From: an uncultured Gammaproteobacteria bacterium
GTDB lineage: Bacteria > Patescibacteriota > Microgenomatia > UBA10105
DNA length: 64,000 nt
NCBI GenBank assembly: GCA_964412165.1
Contig: CAYPMW010000002.1
Span: 1,324 to 65,323, forward strand
Direction: 5' to 3'
Each line of letters starts with the position of its first letter. Position 1 is the first letter of the stretch. The notes under the pieces are model-generated. The model was not told the origin of the DNA. It ran no database searches and saw only the letters and a program-made list of their open reading frames with translations. Made by a program: the position numbers and the translations under genes. Positions 46,701 to 55,738 of this stretch are shown one piece after another.

Positions 46701-47269
46701 ACTCACTGCTTATTAAATACTTCAGACCGGGAAAACGAAATTACGTTTCACTTTTTGCGCCAGTTGCGATGACTGCAATTTTCCTATTTGTGTTTTTTGA
46801 ATTTGGTAGAATTAGCTCATCGATGGGTGAAGTGAAAATGGCTGAAGCGAAAACAGAAACAACGATGACTGGAACAAGTCCAGTTAACTCCCAACTTGTT
46901 GCAGCCTTTGCAGCAAGCAACCCAAACAAAATTGCCTTTGACGGAAAAACTCCAAAATATTTTATGGGTATCTCTTCATGGATTACTGAAGCACCAGTTG
47001 CCGAAGGAAAACTTGAGCTATCTGATACAGATGTGATTATTGGCGCAATAGAAGCGGAAGAGATGCGCGAAGAGAAATTGTTCAATAAAGCAGGAGATAC
47101 AATTCCCTATTTCTTTGGGCTACCACAAGTTCGCGTAGCAGCAGTTCTTGCACCTACCGGAACAGTAATCGATGAGTACCATTTTGTAAATCAAAATGCC
47201 ATAAATCAAATAGCCGCTAAACCATTAAACGTTCAAAACGTTGATGGGATAATAACATTTTCTCAATGA
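43718..47269 (+). CDS. copA: copper-translocating P1B-type ATPase, atypically long (1183 aa)
   Basis: Two HMA domains (GMHCASCE x2), TGES, CPC in TM6 ([12 protein letters not shown]), [20 protein letters not shown]-type hinge; also a ~140-aa inter-HMA linker, a ~30-aa insert before GDGINDAP and a ~160-aa C-terminal extension. Confidence 0.9.
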   Translation: MTQQIALKIDGMHCASCETLIGEELRETSGVSGVSVSAKEKVARLLLDMEKASIEDVLAAVDRAGYKATVANLQTQVIDQPQLVVRNQSSRKPMKIQFESHLKAEGKILQDESGKAYFDGSIRNDRKAVVSAHKEDLGSEEKVGQLVNSFGMVEIFNANFSTPKTNGHRNGIGNYSSSEGTLATESRSNLNQSTVLDSASLRSNNKGRNKRIKLSLTGMHCASCAGLIERSLKKVNGVKEANVNFAAEKASVVFDETQTSIDNLTEAVKKVGYRAAYQEQENPELERKKRHAEIKQLFNKFLGSFIISSPMLYFMFFDFFSGLPGKAFLTPLIGLISLVLATPVQFLFGASFYKGMWSALRMKTFNMDSLIAIGTSTAFFYSLINYGLYALTKGSLFGVGGEKIPELYFETAAFLITFVILGKWLEKRAKGKTSDAIKKLMGLQAKTARVLRFASRPERSEGPPYLQDDKVFMDIPVDQVVNGDTILVRPGEKVPVDGKIIKGSSAVDESMLTGESLPVEKNINDIVIGATINKTGSFEFMATRVGSETALAQIIRLIEEAQGSKAPIQAFADKISAYFVPAVIGIAILTFVVWYFLLGSTLAFALMAFTAVIVIACPCALGLATPTALMVGTGKGAEQGILIKGGEPLEGACKVNAVVFDKTGTLTNGKPAVTDTLSLSELDEDEVIEIAASLEKSSEHPLAEAIVNYAEEETINTTEVNNFKAIPGHGVRGVVNGNLYYMGNRKLIEDVAQLEVGRINRKLERLEEQGKTAMILTSAEKVLGIVAVADTVKETSREAVEALKIRKIDVWMITGDNRRTALTIAKEVGISEQYVMAEVLPQNKAEAVRKLQVPNTNFQTEKRNFIFRILNLFGIWNLEFDNSHKRTVAFVGDGINDAPALAQADIGIAMGSGTDVAMETGGIVIIKNDLRDVVKAFDLSKETMQKIKQNMFFALFYNVIGIPIAARVFMGIGLVLKPELAGLAMALSSVSVVTNSLLIKYFRPGKRNYVSLFAPVAMTAIFLFVFFEFGRISSSMGEVKMAEAKTETTMTGTSPVNSQLVAAFAASNPNKIAFDGKTPKYFMGISSWITEAPVAEGKLELSDTDVIIGAIEAEEMREEKLFNKAGDTIPYFFGLPQVRVAAVLAPTGTVIDEYHFVNQNAINQIAAKPLNVQNVDGIITFSQ
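46334..46354 (+). repeat. tandem heptamer (TTTGGAA)x3 inside the copA coding sequence
   Basis: tttggaatttggaatttggaa read directly; encodes part of the lineage-specific insert [16 protein letters not shown]. Confidence 0.8.
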
Positions 47270-47577
47270 GAGATACTATGTCGGCCAAAGGCCGATCCGT
47301 CTTTGGCGGAAAATACAAATCTGAAATTCTGACACTTCTTACTGTATCCCGTGAAGAGGTTTCAGAAATCATAAGTGTTTATGAACGCACATCTGATTAT
47401 CATCAGGTTTCAGAGAAAAATCGTAACGTCTTAGATTTGATGCGTAAGGCAAATAACTTGCTCATCAAACACCACCTGAAAAAGTGCGTACCACAGCTTC
47501 TGGCACAAAGAAAAACTGCTGAAGGGATTAAACAAATCGTACTTTCTTACAAATACTTGCGGTTAGGAGGGTTATGA
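47266..47577 (+). CDS. hypothetical protein (4-nt overlap with the copA stop)
   Basis: 103-aa basic ORF, translationally coupled to copA. Confidence 0.4.
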   Translation: MRDTMSAKGRSVFGGKYKSEILTLLTVSREEVSEIISVYERTSDYHQVSEKNRNVLDLMRKANNLLIKHHLKKCVPQLLAQRKTAEGIKQIVLSYKYLRLGGL

Positions 47578-48092
47578 GTAAAAATAGACAAACCAAAGAT
47601 AAATCTGTTTTTTGGATCATCGGCGGGATTACTGCACTCGCAATTATTGCCATCGGTTTTGTGGCCTTCAGTGAATCAAAAAGTCAGGTGCAAGTCACTT
47701 CATACGAAACTACGAGCACTTCCCGGCCCAAAGTTGTTGTTGCTTCACATTTTCAAAACTTGGGGGTAATGAAAGAGACAGATGAGAAAACTGCAGAATT
47801 TACGATTGAAAATATGGGCGATAAACCATTACAACTTTTCAAAGTCACCTCATCCTGCGGTTGCACATTTGGATCAGTCACTATCAATGGACAAAAGAGT
47901 CCTGAATTTAGTATGCATAGTAAAAGTAACTGGTCGGGTGAGCTTGCACCTCGTCAAAAAGCAACCGTATCTGTCACCTACAAACCAAATATTATGCCAG
48001 TTAAAGGTGAAGTAACAAGAGATGTGTATGTCAGTACAAATGATCCTGATGATAAAGAACTGACATTTACTGTCAAGGCTTATGTTGAATAG
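47574..48092 (+). CDS. DUF1573-domain protein, membrane anchored
   Basis: N-terminal TM; KVTSSCGCTFG matches the DUF1573 CGC signature; beta-rich remainder. Confidence 0.55.
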   Translation: MSKNRQTKDKSVFWIIGGITALAIIAIGFVAFSESKSQVQVTSYETTSTSRPKVVVASHFQNLGVMKETDEKTAEFTIENMGDKPLQLFKVTSSCGCTFGSVTINGQKSPEFSMHSKSNWSGELAPRQKATVSVTYKPNIMPVKGEVTRDVYVSTNDPDDKELTFTVKAYVE

Positions 48093-48194
48093 AGAAAATG
48101 TCATCCTGGCTTGTCCAGGATCCATTCCTGGTTCGGATTCTGGACGTACTTCGTTTGCCAGAATGACGAACTAATCAAGTTAAAATTCTAATAT

Positions 48195-49001
48195 ATGGAT
48201 TCAAACCTTTTGTTTGGAGTGTCTTTAACTGCGGCGTTTATAGGTGGCATGGTAGCGCTTTTTGCTCCCTGCTGCATCACGTTTTTATTTCCTTCTTATT
48301 TAGGCACTATTTTCAAAGAACGCAGTCGCGTGGTATTTTTGACGCTAATTTTTGCATTGGGCTTGGGGATAATCTTAGTACCAGTTGCGTTGGGATTTCG
48401 TTTTGCCGTTTCATTTTTTGATACATTCCACACGACTATTTATCTTTTGGGCGCACTAGTAATGTTTATAGTAGGACTTATGACTTTGTTTGATACAAAG
48501 CTAATGCTCCCGCTACCACGCTACACCATGCCTGAAAAAACTACGGTTGGTTCAACGTTTTTGCTCGGAATATTTTCCGGCATCACCTCAGCTTGTTGTG
48601 CACCAGTATTGTTTGCAGCTATAACTTTATCCGCACTTTCTCCAACACTTCTGACTTCACTCATCGTATCTTTTGTGTATGTTTTGGGAATTGTTTTCCC
48701 TTTATTTCTCCTTTCATTATTTTACGAAAAAATAACCAATCAGTATCTGTACGACTTCAAGAAAAAAACCGAGCAGCCACTTAAACTGCTCGCAGCCAGT
48801 ACCTTTCTCATTTCCTCAGTAGTTATAACAGTACTGGCTCTAACAGGAAAAATCCAGATGGAATCAAGTGACGCATATAGTAACCAGTTGCGAGCGCTTA
48901 TTTATAATCTTTCTGGCTATTTCCGTAACCCAGTTTTTGATATGCTGATTGTAGCTCTCGCGATTGCATTTATCTATTTTGCGATCAAACAAAAGAAATA
49001 A
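48195..49001 (+). CDS. CcdA/DsbD_2-like thiol-disulfide membrane protein with two vicinal Cys pairs
   Basis: 6-8 TM; APCCITF in TM1 and SACCAPV in a central TM. Confidence 0.5.
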   Translation: MDSNLLFGVSLTAAFIGGMVALFAPCCITFLFPSYLGTIFKERSRVVFLTLIFALGLGIILVPVALGFRFAVSFFDTFHTTIYLLGALVMFIVGLMTLFDTKLMLPLPRYTMPEKTTVGSTFLLGIFSGITSACCAPVLFAAITLSALSPTLLTSLIVSFVYVLGIVFPLFLLSLFYEKITNQYLYDFKKKTEQPLKLLAASTFLISSVVITVLALTGKIQMESSDAYSNQLRALIYNLSGYFRNPVFDMLIVALAIAFIYFAIKQKK

Positions 49002-49067
49002 ACATGATGTGAGTGGTACAAAACTTGGGGTTATTGAATTTAATCTCGTAGAGAGGAGGTGACTTTT

Positions 49068-49286
49068 GTGAAACATCTGCCCGTTCCTACAGCGAATGCT
49101 ACAGCCGCAACTGTTGCAGTGATCTACATCGTTTGTGCTCTCGGCGTTTTACTTGTTCCCGATCTTGCAATGACTATCGCACGTTCTTGGTTTCATGGTA
49201 TCGATATAAGGAAACTAACGCTCTCAACGCAAACCAATACAAGTTCACTGGTAGTCGGTGGCCCCACAGGACGATTTAGTTTCTAA
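49068..49286 (+). CDS. small membrane protein (GTG start)
   Basis: SD AGGAGGTGA 7 nt upstream of the GTG at 49068; one TM (VAVIYIVCALGVLLV). Confidence 0.3.
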   Translation: MKHLPVPTANATAATVAVIYIVCALGVLLVPDLAMTIARSWFHGIDIRKLTLSTQTNTSSLVVGGPTGRFSF

Positions 49287-49419
49287 ATACTACAAAATTT
49301 GTCTTATTTCCTCGATCAACTAGATTCCTATTATTCCTGAAACTTGTTAAAAAGCCTCTCCAAGACACCTCAAAGACCTAGAGAGTGTTTTAAACAACCA
49401 CACGTGTGTGTAAAAACCT

Positions 49420-49956
49420 CTACTTATTTTTTTCCTTGTAGTCGTTGATAGCTTTAACTACTTTACTATCTGTTTTTAGTGCCTCAGTATATAGAATATG
49501 TTTGTTGTTGATCTTGATCTCATCGGTTGGCCCATGGAGTTCATTACCCATCTTGATAAGCGTCAATTCATTTTTTTGTTGAGGTTGGGGACTTCCTTTT
49601 CCTTCTACTTTCACATCACCCTCTTGGGGTGGTACTAATGAATTTTGGACTTTTAAATAATAAACTTCTTTAAGTGTAGCAAACTCAGAATTCAAATCTG
49701 AAACTTTACCAAAATAGACTTGATTATTGGAAAGGAATACAGCTGAATATTCACTCGCTTTAGCATCTGAAATTTTGTTGACAGTTCCAGTAGTAGGTGA
49801 TGTGGTCGTCGATTTTTTACCAAACCATTCAGGTTTCAACAAATATGCTACTCCACCTGCGATGACTAGGACTAAAATAAATACTACCAAACCCCAAATC
49901 CAATTTTTATTCATAGATCCTCTCACAATCCTTTCTGATCGCAGAAAATTTTTCAT
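49420..49956 (-). CDS. membrane-anchored hypothetical protein
   Basis: TM IWGLVVFILVLVIAGGVAYLL, then a soluble beta-rich domain; start may be the internal Met (MNKNW). Confidence 0.45.
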   Translation of the reverse strand: MKNFLRSERIVRGSMNKNWIWGLVVFILVLVIAGGVAYLLKPEWFGKKSTTTSPTTGTVNKISDAKASEYSAVFLSNNQVYFGKVSDLNSEFATLKEVYYLKVQNSLVPPQEGDVKVEGKGSPQPQQKNELTLIKMGNELHGPTDEIKINNKHILYTEALKTDSKVVKAINDYKEKNK

Positions 49957-50159
49957 GTCTAAAATAACACATATATTTGATAACTACAACATATTCTATC
50001 TAAGAAACTGTTTAGAAATTATTTTAAAAAACTTCATAAGAGCCTATATTAGAATACACCCCATAGTTTATGAGAGCGTTCTTCAAACAAGTTCTAACTA
50101 TTTTCCTGCCCTGCAATACTGTCTTGACTACGAGCGCGGATGAAGATAACGGTTCGCTT

Positions 50160-53100
50160 TCATGGAGTAACGGTAACGTATGAAGCTGACACCCAACCAG
50201 TTTTTCCAGACGTATATTCAATTTTGTACCAGCCATCTTGCTCACCTTGTAAAGTAAATGTCTGACCAGGGCTCACCTGACCGACTTCGGGAGCTGATGT
50301 TGCTGGCTCACCTCTCACTCTCAAAAACCCAAGTTCTGTATCTTTAATCGTTAACGTTATTGTAGGACTTATAGACACGCTAGGAGATGCCGCAGGTGTT
50401 GCACTTGGACTTGGAGAGGAATCTACAACTGCTGCAGTTATACTTGGTTGTGGCGTAGGCGAGGCTTGCACGGTTGCTTGAGCAGTCGGAGATGGCGCTA
50501 CTGCTTCAAGTTTGGTATCAAGTAAAATCTGGAGTACCAATTGATTTTCGGTCAAGGCGAGTCCTACTTGGACGAGTTTCTTGGCATCATTTGACACGGA
50601 AGTCACTAATTTTCCGTCAGTTCCCAGGAAATAGCGCTTACCAACCTCAAGCCCTGATAATCCACTCACTTTTCCGGCAACAGCTATCTGTACTTGTCCA
50701 TTTTCCGCAGCAGCTTGAGTCACTAATCCCAATACTTGAGCTCGTGACTCATCAGTATTGCTAGCCTTTTTCACTACTCCACTGCTTGCAATATACACTG
50801 CCTCTCCTGCCTTAAGCGCTTCCCCAGCTGTTGTAGTAATTACCACTGCACCTCCCACCTCTAAGTTACCACCCACAGTTAGGTCTTGGGCAACCGAGAG
50901 ATTACCTTTAAATTCTGCCAATCCGGTGACTGTGAGGTTACCCTTGAACTCCGCTAACTCGGCAACTGCCAGAGTACTGGTATTTATGTTCTCCGGGAGG
51001 AGAATTGCTGGATTGACTGTAGAGGTTCCCAACACATCACCAGTGCCAGTAAGCGCAGCTAAAATTTCCTGTTGTTCTTCAACTCTCGGGTCATAATATG
51101 TAGCTTTGACAAAAAGCGTAATCGTGCCTTTGTCTCCCGAGAAGTTTTCCAGTGCCATTCCAGCAACTGGTCCGGCTTTGGTGGCTTTTATGGCATATCC
51201 AGCTGTTCCCGATGATGTCAAATAATCACCTCGGGAAATTGGGCCATTATCACCAGATACTTTCACTGGAACACGACCAACGAGCGTCACAGCGTGGTAA
51301 TCAGCTGATCGCTTGTAACCTAGTGCAGATTCTGCATCTTCAGCATATTTAGAGATAACACCGACGAGCTTATTATCGTATGCTTTTGCGGTTTTACCCA
51401 ACATAAATGGTGCAGTTGGATCATCAACAGGATTTAATTCATTAGTAAGAGAAACGAGATCGCCCGGTTCTGCACCTCGTGCTGGCATCCATTCTGCCAC
51501 GTCAACGAGTGCTCCAGTGCAAAGCCACGCAGCTCCTGCGGCTTCTTCTTCAGCACACAGTTTATTGTTCGTTGTGTCATACACAATTGCCGCAAATCCA
51601 GCAGGAGTGGACGGATCACCGGTTGGAGCGCCAGCTGTAGTACCCAAGAATAAGAAACTGGCAGTTTTACTGGTGGTAGTCACCGCATCTCCCTGCCACA
51701 AATTTCCATCAACTGAAAGTGTGCCATTGACACCTAATTTATCATCTACATAAAGATCATTGCCGCTAAAGGCAAAATCAGAAGAAGCTATATTTTCTGT
51801 GGTATTTCCATCAATACCAACTGAAAGGTTGTCATTTATTAAAACGTACGATCCGCCGGAGGACAAAGTGGTCCCAGAGGATGCAACTGAATCAAGATCA
51901 ATGGTAAATGTTTCATTATTAGTCCCACCTACTCCACTGAATGTCACGGAATCATCTGTGGCATTATTAATCGTTTCATCAAATTGTAGTGCTATATCGA
52001 CATCCCAGGCAGCGGTATTTTCAATTTCGATGGCTGTATCATTACCTCCTGCGGTTGAAGCCAGATCAATAAAGATACCTCGGGCGATATCGGTGGCAGC
52101 TGTACCTCCGGAAGTCAAAACGAGGTTCATCAGAGAATTAGTAATATCAGTCTGATCAGTGGTCGTCATCGTAATAGCTAGAGCATCAACGTTAGTCGTG
52201 GTAGGACTACCCGCGGCAATCAAGACTACGTCGGCTGTTGGAGCTGCGCCCTTGGCGATATTTAACGTGTCACCGGCATCGGTGGTGAAATTCACATCAC
52301 CGCCAGAAACTGTCAAATCACCATCGCTTAATGTCAAGTCACCAGTTGTTAAAGTCAGGGCAGCTGTACCATCACCAGTTCCTGTAATAGTAGTATTTCC
52401 ATCTTCGGCAATCAGGAATTGAGCAGTCCCCGCTGCGTCTTCAAAGAGCAGGAAGTCTGCTTCTGCATCAGCAGTGTCTGAGTATGTACCACGAATCAAA
52501 TAAGTTTGGACTGTGACGTCGGCCAGTGTGTGGTTCAAGTCAATAACAGATCCATTGGATGCTGCGGTGTCAATATTAATGATTGGTTGGTCGCTAGCTG
52601 CGGTGAGGTTAATATCCACGGTCGGAGCGGAAGCAGTATCATCTGCAATATCATCAATTACAAAAAGTGATGTTGAAGAACGATCTGCGTCCGAATCGAT
52701 GTACAAGACGTTACCTGTTGCTACCATGGCGTCGTTGTTTAAAAAGATGCCGTGACCAGTGGTTGCTCCGGTGAGAGCTATTTCTATCGTGTCACCTGAA
52801 GACGTACCGCTATCGGTGATTGAGATCAAATCCGTAGTCCGAGTCATTACACCAGAACTAACCACCATGGCTTGTGAACCAGTGGCTGTTGCTCCAAGTG
52901 CTATATTGATAGCGTCACCAGTGTCAGTAATGGCACCGAAGTTTAGATCGATAAGATTACCTGCAGAAGCTGTGGTTAAAGTCGTAATGTCAATGACGTT
53001 AGAACCAGCACCACCGGAGCGATTTATGTCCAACACATTTGCCAAATCGTCTAAATCACCTGTCGAGTTGATTTGGAAAATAGCCGCTGCGTCAGCGGCC

Positions 53101-55226
53101 GAACCGGTGGAAGCAGTCGTAATATCAATGATCGCATCGGTTCTCGCTCCTCCCGCATCTGCAACTACAAGTACTCCACCTCCAACGTTGGTCGATCCCA
53201 TAGAAACGTTCATGATGTCACCCGTTGAAAGTTGGGCTCCAAGAGCAATATCAATCATGTTGCCAGTCCACGCACCCGTTGTGTCAACTTCCATCAACCA
53301 ACCGGCTTCGTCAGAAACAGCCGCGTTGTTTACATCAAATATTTGCGTCGATGTCGCACCTGCTTCCAAAGTAATATCTGCAACATCACCATCAGCATCA
53401 CCCGTACCAGTGGTAAAGGAGATGAAATCACCTGAACTAGCAGTATTACCCGTATTATCAAAAGAAATAACATCAGAGGTATAAATACCTGAGGCGGCAA
53501 CATTTAATAACCATCCCGCCTGATCAGAGGCAGCTGCGTTCGTTACTACTATAGTTTGCGTATCCGTTGCTCCTGCCTCAATAGCGACCTTGAGTACATC
53601 TCCTGAAGCATCACCCGTGCCCGTGGCTACATCAATGATGTTACCTGTCCAGACGGCATTTCCCGTGTTGTCAATGGAAAGTACATGCCCTGAGTGGGCA
53701 GTGCTGGTGTCTATATCAATAATATTTCCCGTCGTCGTCCCGGTTGGATCCAAATCAATCAAACTCGCAGTGGTAATATTGGTCCCTGTTATATCAAGCG
53801 CATCGATATTCGTCGATGGAGTAATATCGACTGAATCAGAAGTTGTCGACGAACCACTACCACTGGTGAGCGTACCGGTTATGGTCACATTACCCGCAAT
53901 ATTTACATTTCCATCACTCTCAATATCACCAAGAACATAGAGTTCATCATCACCATCTGCAACACTTGGTGTACCACTATCACCGATTCTTACATACCCG
54001 GTGGCATTAATCGTCAGATTTCCATCAGATGTCAGGTCATCACCGTTCACAGCCACATCACCATCAACCGTCAAGCTATCACCAATGATGGCGTCATCTG
54101 AAAGATATAAATCTTCCCACTTATAACTTGAGGTACCTAGATTTCCAACGGCATTTTGCGCCGGATGCAGATCACCATTGGTGCCTGTAATAATTGATCC
54201 ATCACCTAGACCACCAGTCGTCCCTGATTTGGCAGTAGCTGTATTATAGGCAGTTAAAACTGATCCTTCTTCAAGCTGCACATCATCCAAATACACATTG
54301 CCAGTGGTAAGTCCAGTAATTTCAATCAAAGGAAACCAGTTATTAGAGTCAGTGATGAGACCTGTGGTGGTCGCCGTCATATTGATTCGAGACCACTCTT
54401 TGGTGTCTTTGAAGGTAAAATCTTTCATTGTTCCCCGCGTGTTATTTTTCTCATCCCAAAAACCCAATTTGAAAGTAATTGGGGGAGCATTGATGACTTT
54501 CACATAAGCAGAAAAGGCATAGGTGCGTCCTGGAGTAGTCTTAACATCAGGTTGAGAGATGCCAAAAAGTCCATCTCCACCACCTTTAAACTTCAGACTA
54601 TAACTTCCTGAACGAACAGCTTCATCAGAACGAAATGTATTGCTCGTAGTTGAACTCAACTGATAATTCCATTGTCGGGGTTTGCTACTACTTTCTACCT
54701 CAAATGAAGAATTACGCAGTAAATTGTCGCTCGTTGTATTTAGAGTAGAAAGTGGGGTGGGAGTGAAAGTGGAAAAATTGGTTTCCAGAACTGCTACTCG
54801 CTCACCTAGGTCGTTGAGTTCACTTGTTTCAGCTAACACTATTCCTTTCTTCTTTGGAAGTGGAGTGGGATCCACTATTCTCTGAGCGAGCGCTGCAGGC
54901 GTCGGACTGGCTACCGCGACAGCTTTTTTAGGAGGTGCTGGAGTGAGTGCCTTCGCCCAATTCCCCACCGATTTAGTCAGATTATTGAGGAAAGAACCAA
55001 TGCTATTAACTAAAGAATTAGTTGTGGCCATGATCCATTTACCCCCCTGTGCAAAGACCGAGGGCTGGGCAGCTTTTTGGGCAGCGGAAATTTGCTTGGT
55101 GACGGTAGACTTTTGACTTGGAGAATTAGTTGACGCTGCAATTACGGGAGAGGCAAATAAGAAGCTGACTATTAAACCAGCGCATAAAAAAAATATTCTA
55201 ATTTTCCGGGCAGATAAATTAGTCAC
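50160..55226 (-). CDS. giant (1688 aa) secreted cell-surface protein: signal peptide, CBM_4_9-like domain, long Thr/Gly/Asp/Ala-rich beta-repeat core, C-terminal SH3b domain
   Basis: Signal peptide MTNLSARKIRIFFLCAGLIVSFLFASPVIAA; N-terminal LRNSSFEVESS...GSYSLKFKGGGDG...YAFSAYVKV...VYLDDVQLEEG (CBM4/9-like); ~45-aa repeats TGTGDA[SD]GDV...EAGAT.TQ...N.AA.SD.AGWL; C-terminal GQTFTLQGEQDGWYKIEYTSGKTGWVSASYV (SH3b). Confidence 0.8.
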   Translation of the reverse strand: MTNLSARKIRIFFLCAGLIVSFLFASPVIAASTNSPSQKSTVTKQISAAQKAAQPSVFAQGGKWIMATTNSLVNSIGSFLNNLTKSVGNWAKALTPAPPKKAVAVASPTPAALAQRIVDPTPLPKKKGIVLAETSELNDLGERVAVLETNFSTFTPTPLSTLNTTSDNLLRNSSFEVESSSKPRQWNYQLSSTTSNTFRSDEAVRSGSYSLKFKGGGDGLFGISQPDVKTTPGRTYAFSAYVKVINAPPITFKLGFWDEKNNTRGTMKDFTFKDTKEWSRINMTATTTGLITDSNNWFPLIEITGLTTGNVYLDDVQLEEGSVLTAYNTATAKSGTTGGLGDGSIITGTNGDLHPAQNAVGNLGTSSYKWEDLYLSDDAIIGDSLTVDGDVAVNGDDLTSDGNLTINATGYVRIGDSGTPSVADGDDELYVLGDIESDGNVNIAGNVTITGTLTSGSGSSTTSDSVDITPSTNIDALDITGTNITTASLIDLDPTGTTTGNIIDIDTSTAHSGHVLSIDNTGNAVWTGNIIDVATGTGDASGDVLKVAIEAGATDTQTIVVTNAAASDQAGWLLNVAASGIYTSDVISFDNTGNTASSGDFISFTTGTGDADGDVADITLEAGATSTQIFDVNNAAVSDEAGWLMEVDTTGAWTGNMIDIALGAQLSTGDIMNVSMGSTNVGGGVLVVADAGGARTDAIIDITTASTGSAADAAAIFQINSTGDLDDLANVLDINRSGGAGSNVIDITTLTTASAGNLIDLNFGAITDTGDAINIALGATATGSQAMVVSSGVMTRTTDLISITDSGTSSGDTIEIALTGATTGHGIFLNNDAMVATGNVLYIDSDADRSSTSLFVIDDIADDTASAPTVDINLTAASDQPIINIDTAASNGSVIDLNHTLADVTVQTYLIRGTYSDTADAEADFLLFEDAAGTAQFLIAEDGNTTITGTGDGTAALTLTTGDLTLSDGDLTVSGGDVNFTTDAGDTLNIAKGAAPTADVVLIAAGSPTTTNVDALAITMTTTDQTDITNSLMNLVLTSGGTAATDIARGIFIDLASTAGGNDTAIEIENTAAWDVDIALQFDETINNATDDSVTFSGVGGTNNETFTIDLDSVASSGTTLSSGGSYVLINDNLSVGIDGNTTENIASSDFAFSGNDLYVDDKLGVNGTLSVDGNLWQGDAVTTTSKTASFLFLGTTAGAPTGDPSTPAGFAAIVYDTTNNKLCAEEEAAGAAWLCTGALVDVAEWMPARGAEPGDLVSLTNELNPVDDPTAPFMLGKTAKAYDNKLVGVISKYAEDAESALGYKRSADYHAVTLVGRVPVKVSGDNGPISRGDYLTSSGTAGYAIKATKAGPVAGMALENFSGDKGTITLFVKATYYDPRVEEQQEILAALTGTGDVLGTSTVNPAILLPENINTSTLAVAELAEFKGNLTVTGLAEFKGNLSVAQDLTVGGNLEVGGAVVITTTAGEALKAGEAVYIASSGVVKKASNTDESRAQVLGLVTQAAAENGQVQIAVAGKVSGLSGLEVGKRYFLGTDGKLVTSVSNDAKKLVQVGLALTENQLVLQILLDTKLEAVAPSPTAQATVQASPTPQPSITAAVVDSSPSPSATPAASPSVSISPTITLTIKDTELGFLRVRGEPATSAPEVGQVSPGQTFTLQGEQDGWYKIEYTSGKTGWVSASYVTVTP

Positions 55227-55305
55227 AATATTTAGTATTTGCTAAAAATAGTATTTTGTCAAGTATCTAACATTTAAAATAAAAACGAAATAGTCATTTA
55301 ACATT

Positions 55306-55402
55306 ATACCCTTCACACAATGAAATGTTCCGGGTATAACTCCTTCTAGACTGATTTAATCCCGATATTACATCGGGACAAATTACAGTAAGAAGGGTAT
55401 AC
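55306..55402. repeat. ~100-nt structured repeat element, copy 3 (adjacent to tRNA-Tyr)
   Basis: First 52 nt and last 22 nt match copy 2 (14601-14703); the internal hairpin is replaced by CCCGATATTACATCGGG; termini ATACCCTTC/GAAGGGTAT. Confidence 0.8.
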
Positions 55403-55432
55403 ATCGATGATGTGGTTTTGCAAGAGTTTAAG

Positions 55433-55517
55433 TGCCAGGGCTAGGATTCGAACCTAGGTAGCCCGTTAAGGCGGCAGTTTTACAGACTGCTCCGATTGTC
55501 CGCTCCGGCACCCTGGC
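55433..55517 (-). tRNA. tRNA-Tyr (anticodon GUA), long variable arm
   Basis: Reverse-strand cloverleaf: acceptor GCCAGGG/CCCTGGC, anticodon stem GCAGT/ACTGC with loop CTGTAAA, long variable arm, T-arm CTAGG-TTCGAATC-CCTAG. Confidence 0.85.
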
Positions 55518-55738
55518 AAAATAAATGACTTTGGGATTGTCTTGACCGCTCTACCCTCCCAACGCTTCAGTATGATAGGAACTCCAACTAACTATGTTAT
55601 TGACCATAATAAAGCTTTTCGACCTCTTAGTATTGGATTTATATTGTAACAAATTTTTTGGACTTTGACTAGAAAAACAGCTTCAATTCGGATACTCACC
55701 TACCTTGGATTATCATAAAAGAGTACCTATAATAGATA

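Noticed and set aside
44290-47085. Minus-strand ORFs inside copA (e.g. 45421-45840, 46741-47085)
   Set aside because: They are antisense to a gene with complete, ordered P-type ATPase motifs; the shadow ORFs are Ser/Ala-rich low complexity.
50474-54885. A dozen 60-240-aa plus-strand ORFs (e.g. 52759-53484, 51760-52155) inside the giant minus-strand gene
   Set aside because: They are Ala/Pro/Ser/Val-rich low-complexity shadow frames produced by the repetitive Thr/Gly/Asp codon content of the 1688-aa gene. They have no starts with RBS and no independent signals.
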